Shown here piece after piece: positions 37,831 through 51,166 of a stretch of 64,000 nucleotides of DNA. The notes beneath the pieces were generated by a model. The model was not told the DNA's origin. It worked only from the letters and a program-made list of their open reading frames with translations, and searched no databases. The position numbers and the translations under genes were made by a program. Within the stretch, counting starts at the first letter, position 1. Each line of letters begins with the position of its first letter. The stretch comes from Chiloscyllium plagiosum (lineage: Eukaryota), in the NCBI RefSeq assembly GCF_004010195.1, contig NC_057751.1, positions 11,024,831-11,088,830 on the forward strand. Reading direction: 5' to 3'.

Positions 37831-40809
37831 ATACAGCAGAGTGCCCGTCAGAGGTTGGGATTAAGATAAACGGTCTCTTTGATGTGTCAATGACCTGGAT
37901 TTCTGTTTTTAAGCATACAAGTTCAAAGCTTGCAGGTAATATGAAACTCCCTAAGTGCAGTTAACAGTGAGGAGGATAGCACCAGACTTAGGAAGCTATA
38001 GACAGACAACTAAACAAATTTGAAATGACACATGTTGAAAGGAAATTTCAGGAGAGATACTACAAATTAATGATGCAATGTAATTAGGAGTACAGAAGGA
38101 GAGACTTGGGTGGGTGGGGTGGTGGTGATGGTTTGCTTATGTACATACTTTAAAGTGGCTTGACAATTTCAAAACTAAAAATCAGGATTCCTGCCTTTAT
38201 AAATAAAACAGAGTATAAAAAAGCATCTTTATAAACTACTTGTACAATATAACCTGGAGTACTGCACTGAACTTGAACAGGAGCATTAACTCCTTGGAAA
38301 GATTTCAGAAGAGATTTACAAGATGGTATTTACAAGATGGTATCAGAGATGAGGAACATTGGATATCTGAAGTGACAAGGTAAACTGAGATTGTTCTTAA
38401 AGCATTATGTTGAGATTCAAAAAAGATGTTCAAAAGTTATGAGAGATAAAGATAAACTAAACGCATAAGGATAATATGCTCCCACTTTCAGTATTGGAGT
38501 CAGTAACCGGAAGACACAGATTTAAAAAATTTGGGAAAAAATATCATACTCACATAGTGATTATGCTACTTAATGCACCACTTCAATGTGTGAGCACAGG
38601 ATCATGGGACTGTCATCATGAAGTAGTCTGCCATCTTGTCTTCTCTGCCTCTCTGAATTAGTCATGCTCTTAATTTCATTCTCCACATAATCCTGCACAT
38701 GCTTCCTTTTCAGATAATAACCTAATTATCTTCTGAATGCTTGGCTTAAACCCACCTCCACCACACTTTCAGGCAGTACTTTCTCGTCAGAAGAAAGGCT
38801 GTGGCATTGTGTTGCTATCACTACATTATTCACAGTTATTAATGTTCCGGGAATATCAGCTTGAATCCACTGTGGTGAATAGTCAAATCTGAATTCCATT
38901 TAAAAAGTCTGAATTTTTTTTTGAAAACTAGTCTAAGATGTTGTGAAACTTGAAAGGCTTCAGAAAAGATTTACAAGGATGTTGCCAGGGTTGGAGGATT
39001 TAAGCTGTGGAGAGAGGCTGAATAGGCTAGGGCTGTTTTCCTTGATGCGTTGGAGGCTGAGGGGTGACCTCATCGGAGTTTATAAAATCATGAGGGGCAT
39101 GGATAAGATAAATAGACAAAATCTTTTCATTGGGGTGGGGGGGGAGTCCAGAACTAGAGGGCATAGGTTTAGGGTGAGAGGGGCAATCTGGTCGGCATGG
39201 ACAAGTTAGACCGAAGGGTTTGTTTCTGTGCTGTACACCTCTATGACTCTATGACTGTAACAGCAATCATGTAAACACCGTCAATTGTCATATAAACCCA
39301 TCTGGTTCACCAACATCCTTCTGAGAAAAATATCTGCTATCCTTTCCTGATCTGGCCCAAATGTGACTCCAGATCCACAACAACACAGGTGACATGTGGC
39401 TGTCAAAGAGTCATACAGCACAGAAACGGAACTTTCAGTTCAAACAGTCCATGCCAAACATAATCCCAAACTTAAGTAGTCCCATCTGCCTATTCTTGGC
39501 CCATATCCCTCAAAACCTTTCCTCTTCATGTCCTTATCCAAATGTATTTTACACATTGTATGTGGGTACAAATACACCACTTTCTCCAAAGTTCATTCCA
39601 CACATGAACCACCCTCTGAAACTGTGCAACAAGCCACTCAGATCAAAGGTAATAAGGGATCGATAATAAATTCTAGACTAGCCAGCAACATCCACATACT
39701 ATGAACAAATAAAAAAGATCTTGGCATGTGAACAAGCTGTTTTTCAATGTTCCTTTTGGTAGAAGCAGAAGTAACATTAAAAATAGATTGCAGATAGGCT
39801 TGGAAAGAACACACTGAAATAGTTTTGGTGAAATCAGAAGAGTAAGACAACAAGAGAAATCTGTGAAAGAACTAGCTGAGGCACTATGGGCCAAATGGCC
39901 TCCATGTCTGTTGTAAAAATCTATACAAGCAACTGTCAGTAAAATACATACTTTTTGTTGCAAAGAAGTTTTAAGTTTACAACCACATTTAAGCTCAGAA
40001 ATAAATTTTTAAGTTTCATTAATTGTGTCAGCTTCTGCTCACAAACATTCTTCTTCCCACTGTTTTCTTTCCAAAATGACAACAAGTGCTATGGTTACAT
40101 TTTGAATGTCATCTCATCTGCTGACAAACATGGACATCAAAAACTGAACAAGGCAGGAACGTCACCTGTCAAAAATCATTTCTCAGAAAAACCTCTGACA
40201 GCTCAGACAGATGACAAGTTGCCCTGATCTTTTCCACCACCATCCCCACATCTGCAAGAATTGCCCTTACAAAAAAAAGCAAATAGAAATGTTAATGTCT
40301 CAGAGCAGGAGGTTGGGCCGAAATGAGGCAGGGGAAAGAGGAGGATAGTTACTTAACACCTTGCCAAACAAGTACACTTAACCTACAGACCAGATTATTG
40401 GATTTTGAGATGAAACTTAATGTTGCATCCTCAGTCATCAGCAGGAGACAGACTGCTGCAATATGGCTGCCAATGCCCCTTTAAATCTAGCTTGTACCTT
40501 TCCCCCCCCCCTTCATCCTCACTCATGCCCCTCTCGCCAAACAACATGTAGCAAAGGAAGAAAAAAACAGTATCTCACTGTCCATCCACACCACCAGGGG
40601 AATTATCACTCCATGGAACAAAATATGAAATGACAGCTGAATGTCACAAATTTAAGGAAAAAAAAATACTTGTCCTGAAGATGAGAAGTGTTGGAAAACA
40701 GAAAAAAAAACAAACACTACTACCTGCAGGTTGTTCCATTCTAGTCAGAGCCAGAAAGGCTCAGCTTGCTGGGGATTCAGAGACTGAATTAATCCAGGAG
40801 GAAGGAGAG

Positions 40810-41310
40810 AAGGATGTCCAGGCCGCTCGCAGCTTTAATGGGGAGGGAAGTGAGTGGGGGTGGGACGGGCTGGGAGAAGGTTTTTTTCTCTCTCTTTTTT
40901 ACCTCCGTCGTTTTGGAGCTGCCATTGTCAGACTGGCGAGATGGCGGCTGCAGCTTTGACAGAGGAGGAGGGGATGGAGAACGACGCGGGGGTGGGGAGA
41001 TCTCTGTGGTGTTTTGAAGCTGCCGCTCGGGGCTGGGACTGCGGCTTGGCCTGGCTGGTCTCGCCACCCGGGGCCCCGGGCCTGTGGTGCGCTGCCTCGC
41101 CGCCTGTGCGTGTTGTTTTGGCCGCCTTCCCTCCGCGGCCGCACAAAGGCCCCGGGCCTCGCACCCCCATTGGCTGCCGGGCCCCGCACATGCAGCGGAG
41201 CATCACGGGACATGTAGTCCACTCGCTGATTGACAGCTCCGCCAACAACAAGTGCTGCTGGCTGGCAGGGACAGAGAACCAAACGCTGGTAACTGCTTCT
41301 GGCTCGGACT
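40810..41310. promoter_or_regulatory. CpG-island promoter of NSD3
   Basis: Sharp rise in GC and CpG density in an otherwise CpG-depleted window. YY1-like AGATGGCGGC (40939-40948), CCAAT box (41169-41173, minus), ZNF143/THAP11-type GACTACATGTCCCGTGATGC (41219-41200, minus). Confidence 0.85.
40903..41080 (-). other. NSD3: Probable NSD3 exon 1 (5'UTR); transcription start approximate
   Basis: Lies in the only CpG island of the window, upstream of the ATG exon on the correct strand; ends at donor GAG|GTAAAA (40903/40902). Confidence 0.6.
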
Positions 41311-41691
41311 CCTCCCTCCAAAGCCCTGCTAATCCACCCCTCCCCCATTTGCAAGCACTTGCCTGTGCTGAAGGTTTGGGTTTCTTTTCATTCATGAAAT
41401 TTGTGGGTTTATGCCCAACCCATTTGCTCTTGACATGGTGGTGAGCCACCTCAGTCCATGTGGTGACAGGAGGACACCCACAGTGCAATTTGGGAGGAGA
41501 TCCCAGCATGCTTGTGAAAAGAAAACAGCACCACCACGCTCTCTGGGGCAATTAATTAAGGTCAAACAGTAATTCACCGGACAAAATCAGTAAATGACGG
41601 GTAACAGTTAGAAATAAATTTTGGAAGACAAGTCGGAGCAGCATGCATGTCCCGTTTGCAGATTGCTGATTATTTTTGTCTGGTAACCGAA

Positions 41692-42135
41692 AGTCATAGA
41701 GTCATTGAAATGTACAGCACGGAAACAGACTCTTCGGTCCAACTCGTCCATGTCGACCAGATATCCCAACCCAATCTTGTCCCACCTGCCAGCACCTAGC
41801 CCATATCCCTTCAAACCCTTTCTATTCATATACCCAACCAGATGCCTTTTAAATGTTGCAATTGTACGAGCCTCCACTACTGCCACTGGCAGCTCATTCC
41901 ATACACACACCACCCTCTGCGTGAAAAAGTTGCCCCTTAGGTCCCTTTTATATCTTTCCCCTCTCACCCTAAACCTATGCCCTCTAGTTCTGGTCTCCCC
42001 CACCCCAGGGAAAAGTCTTTGTCTATTTATCCTAATCATGCCCCTCATGATTTTATAAACCTCTATAAGATCACCCCTCAGCCTCCGACGCCCCAGGGAA
42101 AACAGCCCTCGTCTATTCAATCTCTCCCGACAGCT
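41692..42135 (-). mobile_element. CR1 LINE 3' end just upstream of the promoter
   Basis: GLFSLGRRRLRGDLIEVYKIMRG...FFTQRVVCVWNELP. Confidence 0.92.
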
Positions 42136-44079
42136 CAGGAAAATTAATTTTACAAGTAGATTAATACATGGAAAGAATTAGATTGATTACACTGGAGCTA
42201 CACTGGCCTAGCATGCAGCACACACATTCCATGACCAAATAATAAATAACATTCTTCTGCACTTCCTGACTTTGCACGTTTGTTCCTTGGAACTCAAAAG
42301 AATAGGAGGCAATCTCACTGAAATATGAGGAGGTCCACAAAAGCCAAATTGCTGGAAAATCTGAAAGTCTGAAATACAAGAAGATGGAGAGAACCAGAGT
42401 TAATTTTTCAAGGCCAATATGATACCTCTTAAGAAACCCCAAGCTCTATTTTTCTCTCTCCAAAGATGTTGGTGGACCTGCCAAAATCCTGTGGATGTCA
42501 GTAAAATAGCTGCTGAGAAATAATTTCTCCTGTCCTGTGAATCTGTATCCTCAGGGTAAGATCAGCCATGATCCTATTGAAGGAAGGAGCAGGCTCAGAG
42601 GGCTGTATGTGATATTCTGATTTGTTAAGCTGCTGTTCCTGGACCAAAGTACAGCAATGGCAGAAGCTCCAACATTTAGCTGATCAGGGACTTCTGCAAA
42701 TTTCAATGCCCTAGTTATTCAAAGAGGTTGGAATGGTTTGGAAGTTAGTGTTTAAATTGTTTGGGCATGATATGAACACATTGTTTTTGGCCACCAGGTG
42801 TTTTGATGGGGCTCAAACCTGGAGCTTCCAAATCAGAGACAGGGATACTACGCATTGCTTCTTGAACCCTCAAAAACGATTTGCATTCACATTGCCCCTT
42901 TAAAGGAATTTTAAATAAACACAAGACCTGCAAAATAAAACTCTTGACCCTGAGCCACAGTAAGGAGAGATCTTCAGGCAGATGATTGAAAGCCTAGCCA
43001 AAGACATTGCTTATAAGGAAGAAAGTGAGGCAGAGAGATTTCAGGAGGAAATTCCAAGGCTGAAAACTTAGATGCTAGTGGCACAGCAATTAAAGTCCAG
43101 GACGCTCAAAGGTCATAATTCAAGAGGTGCAGATATGGTAAAAGATTGTATGGGGCAGTGGTGGGGGGATGTTACAGAGCTAGAAAAATGAAATATCAGA
43201 GCACAGACATCACAAATGACTGAACAGCAAAGGGGATGACAGAGATAAAAGCAGAAAAGTATTGGAGGTGAAGTAGGCCATTTGGCCCTTTGAACTTGCT
43301 TTGCCTTTCAATCTCTCCCAATATCTTTTGATCCTTTTTCACTTAAAAGGACGTTTTTGCATCTTTCTTCAATGTTTTGGCTTCAATGGTTTCTTCCGGT
43401 AGCAAATTCCACAGACTCACCACTCACTGAGTGAAGAAGTTCTGAAGAAGTTTCAATGGACCCAAAATGTTAATTCTGCTTTCTCTGCACAGATACTGCC
43501 AGACCTGCTGAGTTTTTCTAGCAATTTCTGATTTTGTTTCTGAAGAAATGTCTCCTCGACTCTGTCCTAAAAGGCTTATTCCTGATGCTTAGACTGTGAT
43601 CCCTGATTTGAGAATCCCAACTCATTGAGAAATCCTTCCTGCAGCTACCCTGTCTTATCCTGTTCACATTTTATCAATTTCTCGGAGATCTCTCTTCATT
43701 CTTCTGAAGTCTGGTGAATATAATCCTAACTGATAACAGTCTCTCCTGTCATTCAGGAATCAGTCTTTGTTGCACTTGTGTGAACAGCAGCAGTAATTCT
43801 CACACAGAAAGCTCCCGCAGACAATTTGCTTTTCTTGATATCAGTTGATGGATAAATGTTGGCCGAACAGCAAGATTCCCCAGCTATTTTTTAAAGAATA
43901 GGTCTTTAATATTCACCTGGTTTAAAATCTCATCAAAAGACTTTGAAAGACTTCATTACAAGACCAAGAATGCCACATTTGTGCAGAGCCGCCATGAAGT
44001 ATGAATCTCAATTTTGTCCTCAACTCTCTGGAATATGGCTACAGCTGGTTTCATTTTTCCCAATCATTTCAATTGGTTG

Positions 44080-44495
44080 TACTTGTATTCGAAGGTTCTG
44101 GGTTCAAGTGTGACAGCAGAAATGACAGTGCAAAAATCCAGCTGGAGATTTGGGCTTCAGTGTGGTGCTGTCGAGGGCTAAATTTTCACTCATACCATCT
44201 TTTTGATTACCATTCAACTGAAGCTGACTTTGTTCTTTGTGATAGATATAAAAGATCCTTTGGTGTTATTTCAAAGAAGCTGTGGGAGGGTATTTGCAGT
44301 GTCCTTGCCAATATTTATTACTTAATCAACACCACAAAGAAAAGATGATTTGGTCATTACAATTTTAGTGTTTGTTAAATTTCCCTGTGAGCAATTCCTT
44401 TGAATTTTTCCAACATTGCAATGGTAATTACATTTCAATCATACTGTAACACCCTGAATTTGTGAAAGACACTCTATAAATACAAATATTTCTTC
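44080..44495 (+). mobile_element. Old Deu-domain SINE (SacSINE/AmnSINE-like); further fragments on minus at ~1540-1760, 4260-4390, 43770-43945
   Basis: ggttctgggttcaagt head, taaaagatcc...gtgtccttgccaatatttat central domain, L2-type tail ctataaatacaa. Recognised by motif only. Confidence 0.55.
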
Positions 44496-45460
44496 CATTC
44501 TGCACGTGTATCTCCCCTCTGAAAGATGTCACCTTTGCCAACTTGGCTTCACATTTCTCTCCACAGTCCTGAACCAAATCAATAAGCACTGATAAACCTT
44601 CATCCTTAAAATAACAGCTGCTGGCCAAAGCTGTGTGCTTCCTTTAGCCAAACAAAGAAAAACGTTCAGACAGAAGAAGAATCATTTGATGCCAACAAAC
44701 TATGTGCTTCCCAAGCTCTTACAAAACACATAATATGGCATGGTTCAATGGGCACCAGTTAAGGTCACTGTGTCCTTTGCCCAAATTCATTAGTTAGAGA
44801 ATGTTACTATGCTAATTGACCAGAGAACATCTCATTCTGTCCTCAACTTACATCCACATACAATTTCTAGTTAGAGTTCAAAAGCAAAATCCTGGAACAG
44901 GAACAGTTGTGATCAAAGGTCATGACCTCAACATTAATTCCCTTTCTCTCACCACACTTGCTACCAAACCTGCAGAACAGCTCCAACATTTTTGGTATTT
45001 ATTGAAGTGGGAGGTATTGGATCGAAATCAAGTGCCTAAATGCTTGGCGATTTGACCCTGCTCGGGAAATTGCCATTGCCTGCCCAACGTCGAATGTTGG
45101 GAGCTGAATCTGGTACTTGTTTTTCTCTCTCTTTCCAATTGGATTAAGGCTCAAGTTTTTCAAACATTTTTTCATTGTCTTTTCAAGGGATGTGGGTGTC
45201 ACCAGCATGGCCTGCATTTCTTCCACATCCCAAATTAACTTTGAGCTGTATGGCTGTGAGGCCACTTCAGGAAGCAGTTAACTATTAACCGCATTGCTGT
45301 GAATCTGGAGTCAGATCTGCAGGCCCGATCAGGTAACGACCACAGATTTCCTTCCCGAAAGGGCATTGGTAACTTAGATGGATTTTTACAACAAATTAAG
45401 ACAATTTAATGGTCACCATTAATGAGACAAGTTTTACATTTCAAATTGATTGAATGTGAG

Positions 45461-46023
45461 TGTTATGGATGAGGCCAGATCTGCTCAAAACATTTCAAGA
45501 AGGAAGCCCAGACCCTAACTTTTCTAGTTGTTTTTAGCAGGTGTAGAGTGAATATTCCAAACGTTATGCAGCTGGCCCAACCACTCAGTTTTAAACAAAA
45601 CAGAATTTATTTATACACAAACAAAAGAAAACTGAATTTAGAATAAAATAACTGTTTGAAAACCCAATCGACTCTATCGCAACTTAGTGATGCTGTGACA
45701 AATATTTGCAACATCCCCAAAAACGATAAAATCAAAACAGGTTCTTACGGGAGAGATGTCAGAGAGAGAGAGGATCAGATGGAACTGTTTCTTTGACGAG
45801 CAACCTCAAAAACTTGACCTGCATCTGCAAAACAGGCAAGATGCTAAAACCAAAAGAAACCAGAGAAATGCTGAGCTGGGAGAACTGACCACTCCCCTTT
45901 CATTGTACAAATTTTTTTTATTCTTCAAGTAGGTAAACCCAGACATATTTGAATCTGTGTCTTTACAACCCCTCTGAAAAAAAACCCAGGACAACCTAAC
46001 CTTGTTAAAAGAGCAGCATCACG
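45461..46023 (-). mobile_element. Solo LTR of the same Gmr1-like family, inserted in a SINE
   Basis: Colinear similarity to both LTRs (tgttatgga..., aaaacatttcaagaagg, gggagaactg.ccactccc, ttgttaaaagagcagcatc); no internal sequence. Confidence 0.85.
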
Positions 46024-46149
46024 TAAGTTCCATCAATCACCACGCTGATATTTGAACCTGGGCCTAAGGAAAACTAGTCAAGTTGCATTACCACAATTTA
46101 CTATCTCCTCAAAGAATGATAAATAACGGATGAATAAATCTTAATTCTA

Positions 46150-46900
46150 TATCCATCTCGGCCTCTTCCAGTGGTCCTTAGCATCACAGATGCCAGGCTT
46201 GGGCTAATTCGAATTACTCCACATGATATGAAGAAACGGTTGGAGGCACAGGATCCTGCAAAGGCTATGGAACCTGACAACATTCCGACAATAGGACTGA
46301 AGACTACTTGTGCTCCAGAACTAGCCGCACCCCAAGTGTAGCTGTTCCAGTGCACCTGCAACACTGGTATCTACCTGACAATGTGGAAAATTTTCAGGTG
46401 TGTCCTGTGCACAAAGTCAAGGACAACTCCAACCTGGCCAATCACCACCCCATCAATCTACTCTCGATCATTCATAACATGACAGAAGGTGTCATCAATA
46501 GATAAATATGGTGGTGAGAAGAGCAATTCAGAGTCAAGGAATCCTGCAGTGAGTAACTCCACTCCTGACTCCCCAAAACCTGTCCACCATGAACAAGGCA
46601 CAAGTCAGGAGTGTATTGGAATACCCCCCACTTTCCTGGATGGGTGCAGCTCCAACAACACTCAAGAAGCTTGACACCATCCAGCAGAAAGCAACCTGCT
46701 TCATCGGCACCACAACTACATTCTCCACTCCCCCCACCACCAACACTCAGGAGCATGCAATGTGTACTATCTACAAGATGACCTGCAGAAATTCACCAAA
46801 GATCCTTCAAGAGCACCTGCCAAACCCATGACCACTTTTATCTCAAAGGACAATAGAAGGTATCTGGGAAAACGGCCAGCTGCAAGTTCCCCTGCAAGCC
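46150..46900 (+). mobile_element. Second non-LTR RT family (CR1/L2 group), internally deleted; related pieces at ~3290-4230, 8190-8635, 25660-25960, 57970-58190
   Basis: AKAMEPDNIP, PVHK..NSNLANHHPINLLSI, KAQVRSVLEYPPLSWMGAAPTTLKKLDTIQQKA. Confidence 0.75.
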
Positions 46901-48789
46901 TAGTAACCAAATTAAAGAACAGGTCCTCAAGGGTTATAATCTCCAGATTACTGCCTGAGCCATGTATAAATTGGCATAGGGGCACAAGAATAAGGGAATT
47001 AAACATGTAGCTAAAGAGATGGTGTAGGAAAGGGGGGTTCCTTTTCATGGGACACCAGCATCAACATTGGAACAAGAGGGATTTGAACCACTGGGACGGT
47101 CTCCACTTGAACCGAGCCGGGACCAATGTTCTCATGAAAAGGGTAAGAAGGCTGGTCAACAAGACTTTAAACTAGGAAGTTGGGGGTGGGGGGTGGGGGG
47201 GGAGGAGGAGGATGAGGAGGAGAGAAGGCTAATACTTCCCTCAGTGGGAAACAAAGCACCAGGTTAACATCTGCAGGGTGGATTCAACTGCATAGAAAAA
47301 TATGAAAAAAAATGACAGGGAAGGAGAACTCAGGAGAGGTTATTAAAGTATCCAGCACAGGCACAAATAGGACAGAGTATTTGAAAAGGGTGAGCAATCA
47401 AACTTCAAGCATACTGGATAAATGAATGACAATGAGAAGAGGGGCAGTTAATACAGGACTGAAGGTGTTATATTTGAATGCATGAAGTATAAAGAATAAG
47501 GTAAATGAGCTTGTGGCACAGATCAGAATTGGCAGGTCTGACATGGTGGACATCACGGTGACGTGACTGCAGGGGTATCAGGATTGGGAGCTGAATATTC
47601 AAAGATATACATCCTATCGAAAAGCTAGGCAGGTGGGCAGAGGGGTTGGGGTTGCCTTATTAGTGAGAAATGAAATGAAATGAAATCAATAGTAAGTAAA
47701 GAAGGGTCAGATGATGTAGAATTTGTGTGGGTAGAATTGAGGAACCGCAAAAGTAGAAAAACGATAGTTGGACTTATGCACAAGCCTAGAAACAGGAGTC
47801 AGGAGCTGGGGCACAAGATAAACCAGGAAACAGAAAAGAAGTGTAAGAAAGGCAAAGTTACAGTGTTCATGGGGGATTTCAAATGCAGGTGGACTGGGAA
47901 AATCAGGATGGGAGTGGATCGCAAAAAAAGGAATTTGCAGAATGTCTACAAGACGGCTTTTTGGAGCAGCTTGTGGTAGAGCCCATGAGGGGAGTGGGCA
48001 ATACTAGATTTAGTGTTGTACAATGAGGCAGACTTGACAAGGGAGCTTAAAGTGAAGGAACCCTTAGGAGACAGTGGTCATGACTGAATTTACTCTTCAA
48101 TTTGAGAGGGAGAAGATAGAATCAGAGGTAACAGTATTACAGCTGAATAAAGGCAACCACAGAGGCATGAGGGAGGAGCTGGGTAGAATTGACTGGAGAG
48201 GAGTCTAGCAGGAAAGACAGTGGAACAGTGATGGCAGGAGTTTCTGGGAGTAATTCAGGAGACATGGCAAAAATTCATAGGAGAAAGAAGTATGGTACAG
48301 GCAGGATGAGGCAAGCACGGCTAACTGGGGAAGTCCAGGACAGCATAAAAGCAAAAGGGAAAGCAGATAATGTGACGAAGGGCAGTGGGAAACCAGAGAA
48401 CTGGGAAGCTTACAAAGACCAACACAGGACAACAAAAAATAACGCGGGAGAAGATGAAATATGAGGATAAGCTATCCAGTAATATCAAGGAAGGGTTTCT
48501 TTCGACATATATAGGTAAAAGAGAGGCAAAAGTGGATATTGGGCTGCTAGAAAATGATGTGAGAGAGAGTCAGGGGGCAGAGTTGAGTATGGTGGCCACC
48601 AGAACAGAGAAGGTGTTAGAAGCATTAAGTAGCCTGAAGGTGGGTAAATAAACCTGGACCATTTGAACGAAACCCCAGAGTTTGAAAGGAGAGAGCTGAA
48701 GAGACAGTGGAGGCATTAGTGGTGATCTTTCAGAAATCACTATAATCAGGAAGGGTCCCAGAGGACTGGAATATTGCAAACATAACACC
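46900..48789 (+). mobile_element. Long decayed CR1 LINE segment: ORF1 SGNH-esterase C-terminus, ORF2 AP endonuclease and linker
   Basis: RVIISRLLPEP..IRELN..WCRKGGF..WDGLHLN (esterase); YLNA.SI.NK, ITVT.L, GGVALLV, VWVEL, MGDF, ILDLVL (APE). Ends at DWNIANIT where the LTR begins. Confidence 0.85.
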
Positions 48790-50287
48790 TGTTATGGACC
48801 AGGCCAGACCCCTTCAAAACATTTCAAGAAAGTAGCCCAGACCCTAACTTTGCTGGTTGTTTTAAGCAGGTGTATGTATCTTCTAGGAGAGATGCCGGTG
48901 GTCAAACCACGAAGTTTTAAACAAAACAGCATTTATTTCCAAGATTACTGACTGAACACAAACAAAAGAGAACAGAATACTGAATAACTTAACAACCTAA
49001 CAGATCATCCCAACGTAATGATACTGTTTCAAAATTTGCAACAATCCCCCTAAATACAAGGTCTTACAGGACAGAAGTCAGAGAGAAAAGAGGATCAGCA
49101 TGGACCTGCTTCTTTAGGTGCAGCTGCTTTTTTCAATTCTACTAATAAAAACCAAACTAATCCAGAGAGAAGCTGAGTTGGGAGAACTGGCCATGCCCCT
49201 TACATTGTACAAGATATTTTTTCAAAAGACTTGAAATCCTGTTGCCTGAGGCAGTATCTATTAGCTATAATCAAACTGGCCCTAAAACCCTTCAAATGAG
49301 ACTTTTTGGAGTCTGTGTCTTTTATGACCTCTCTGAGAAAAAAAATAAGGTCAACATAAATGATCTGAAAAGTGGCAGATGGACTGTAATTTAGATAAAT
49401 GTGAGGTGCTGCATTATGGGAAAGCAAGTCTTAGCAGGACTTATACACTTATTGGTAAGGTCCTAGGCAGTGTTGCTGAACAAAAAGTCCTTGGAGTGCT
49501 GGTTCATACTCGTTGAAAATAGAGTAGCAGGTAGAGAGGACAATGAAGAAGGTATTTGGTATGCGTTCCTTTATTGGTCAGATTATTGAGTACAGGAGTT
49601 GGGAGGTCATGTTGCAGCTGTACAGGACATTGATTAGGTCACTGTTAGAATATTGCGTGCAATTCTGGTCTCCTTCCTACCGGAAAGGTGTTGTAAAACT
49701 TGAAAGGGTTCAGAAAAGATGTTGCCAGGATTGGAAGATTTGAGCTGTAGGGAGAGGTTGATTAGGCTCAGGCTGTTTTCCCAGGAGCGTCGGAGGCTGA
49801 GGGGTGACCTTATAGAGGTTTACAAAATCATGACGGGCATGGATAGGATAAATAGACAAAGTCTTTTCCTTTGGGTAGATGAGTCCAGAACTAGACGGTA
49901 TAGGTTTAGGGTGAGAGGGGAAAGATATAAAAGAGACCTAAGGGGCAACTTTTTCACGCAGAGGGTGGTACGTGTTTGGAATGAGCTGTCAGAGGAAGTG
50001 GTGGAGGCTAGCACAATTGCAACATTTAAAAGGCATCTGAGTGGGTATATGAATAGGAAGGGTTTGGAGGGATATGAGCCAGGTGCTGGCAGATGGGACT
50101 AGATTGGGCTGGGATATCTGGTCGGCATGGACGGGTTGGACCGAAGGGTCTGTTTCCGTGCTGTGCGTCTTTATGTCTCTATAATCTTGTTAAAGGAGCT
50201 GCATGGACGAGTTGGACTGAAGGGTTTGTTTCTGTGCTGTACATCTCTATGACTCTATAATCTTGTTAAAGGAGCAGCATCATCACA
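48790..50287 (-). repeat. 3' LTR of the Gmr1-like element, interrupted by CR1 insertions (~49370-50258)
   Basis: tgttatggacc...ttgttaaaggagcagcatcatcaca (TG...CA termini); polypurine tract adjacent. Confidence 0.85.
49370..50258 (+). mobile_element. CR1 LINE 3' fragment(s) inserted in the 3' LTR
   Basis: [49 protein letters not shown]; ctatgactcta tail. Confidence 0.92.
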
Positions 50288-51166
50288 CCTCTTCCCTTAA
50301 AAAAAGAACCACCTTTATTCAAAGAGTGCTTCATTTTATAACCCCCTCATCTTAAATTGTTAGTACACCACAATACACAATAAACATATATTGACCAAAA
50401 ACATGCAAACATTCTGTTTCAGTCTGTTTTACTCCTGCCACTGAACGCCTCCGTTTCTCATTCAAGTCTTGACAATGGGTCGGCAGTCACATCTTCTCCT
50501 TCAGCCACATGCACAATTCTTAAATTGAACAGCAGTAACAACAAGCTCCATCTAAACAGTCTGGCATTTTTGTCCTCAAATTTCTCCACAAACTTTAATG
50601 GGTTATGATCAGTATATATGACTGTCTCAGATACATTACCAGTGACATAAACATTGAAATGTTTTAACGCCAACACGAAGGTCAAAGTCTCCATCTCAAC
50701 TGTCAAATATTTCCGCTGATGAATGTTCAACCTCCTGGTTGGTCTTTCTATTTTCTCAGCATCTTCTTGGAAGAGCACAGCACTGACACCCACATCACTC
50801 GCATCAATAGTCACTTTGAATGACTTTGCATAATTAGGTGTGGCTAATACTGGAGCAGCGGTTAACACAACTTTCAGGCTGTCAAATACCTTTTGACAGT
50901 CCGCTGTCCAATGAAAACTCTTGCCTTTCTTTAGCAATTCAGTGTGTGGAGCAGCCGCACTGCTAAAATTTGTTATGAATTTTCAATAAAATCCACTCAA
51001 TCCCAGGAACTGTAATACTGCTCTTTTTGTCGATGGTATGGGAAACTCTCCAATTATCCTTGTTTTTGCATCCTGTGGCACCATTTGTCCGTGTCCGATA
51101 ATGTCGCCCAGGAAGATGAATTGGGCTTTGACAAATTCACTTTTGGCTCGGTTTATCACCAACCTG

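Noticed and set aside
40630..41577. Several overlapping 100-200 aa ORFs on both strands
   Set aside because: Expected by-product of a GC-rich CpG island with few stop codons; no recognisable protein. Only the short MAAPKRR start is used, in the uORF hypothesis.
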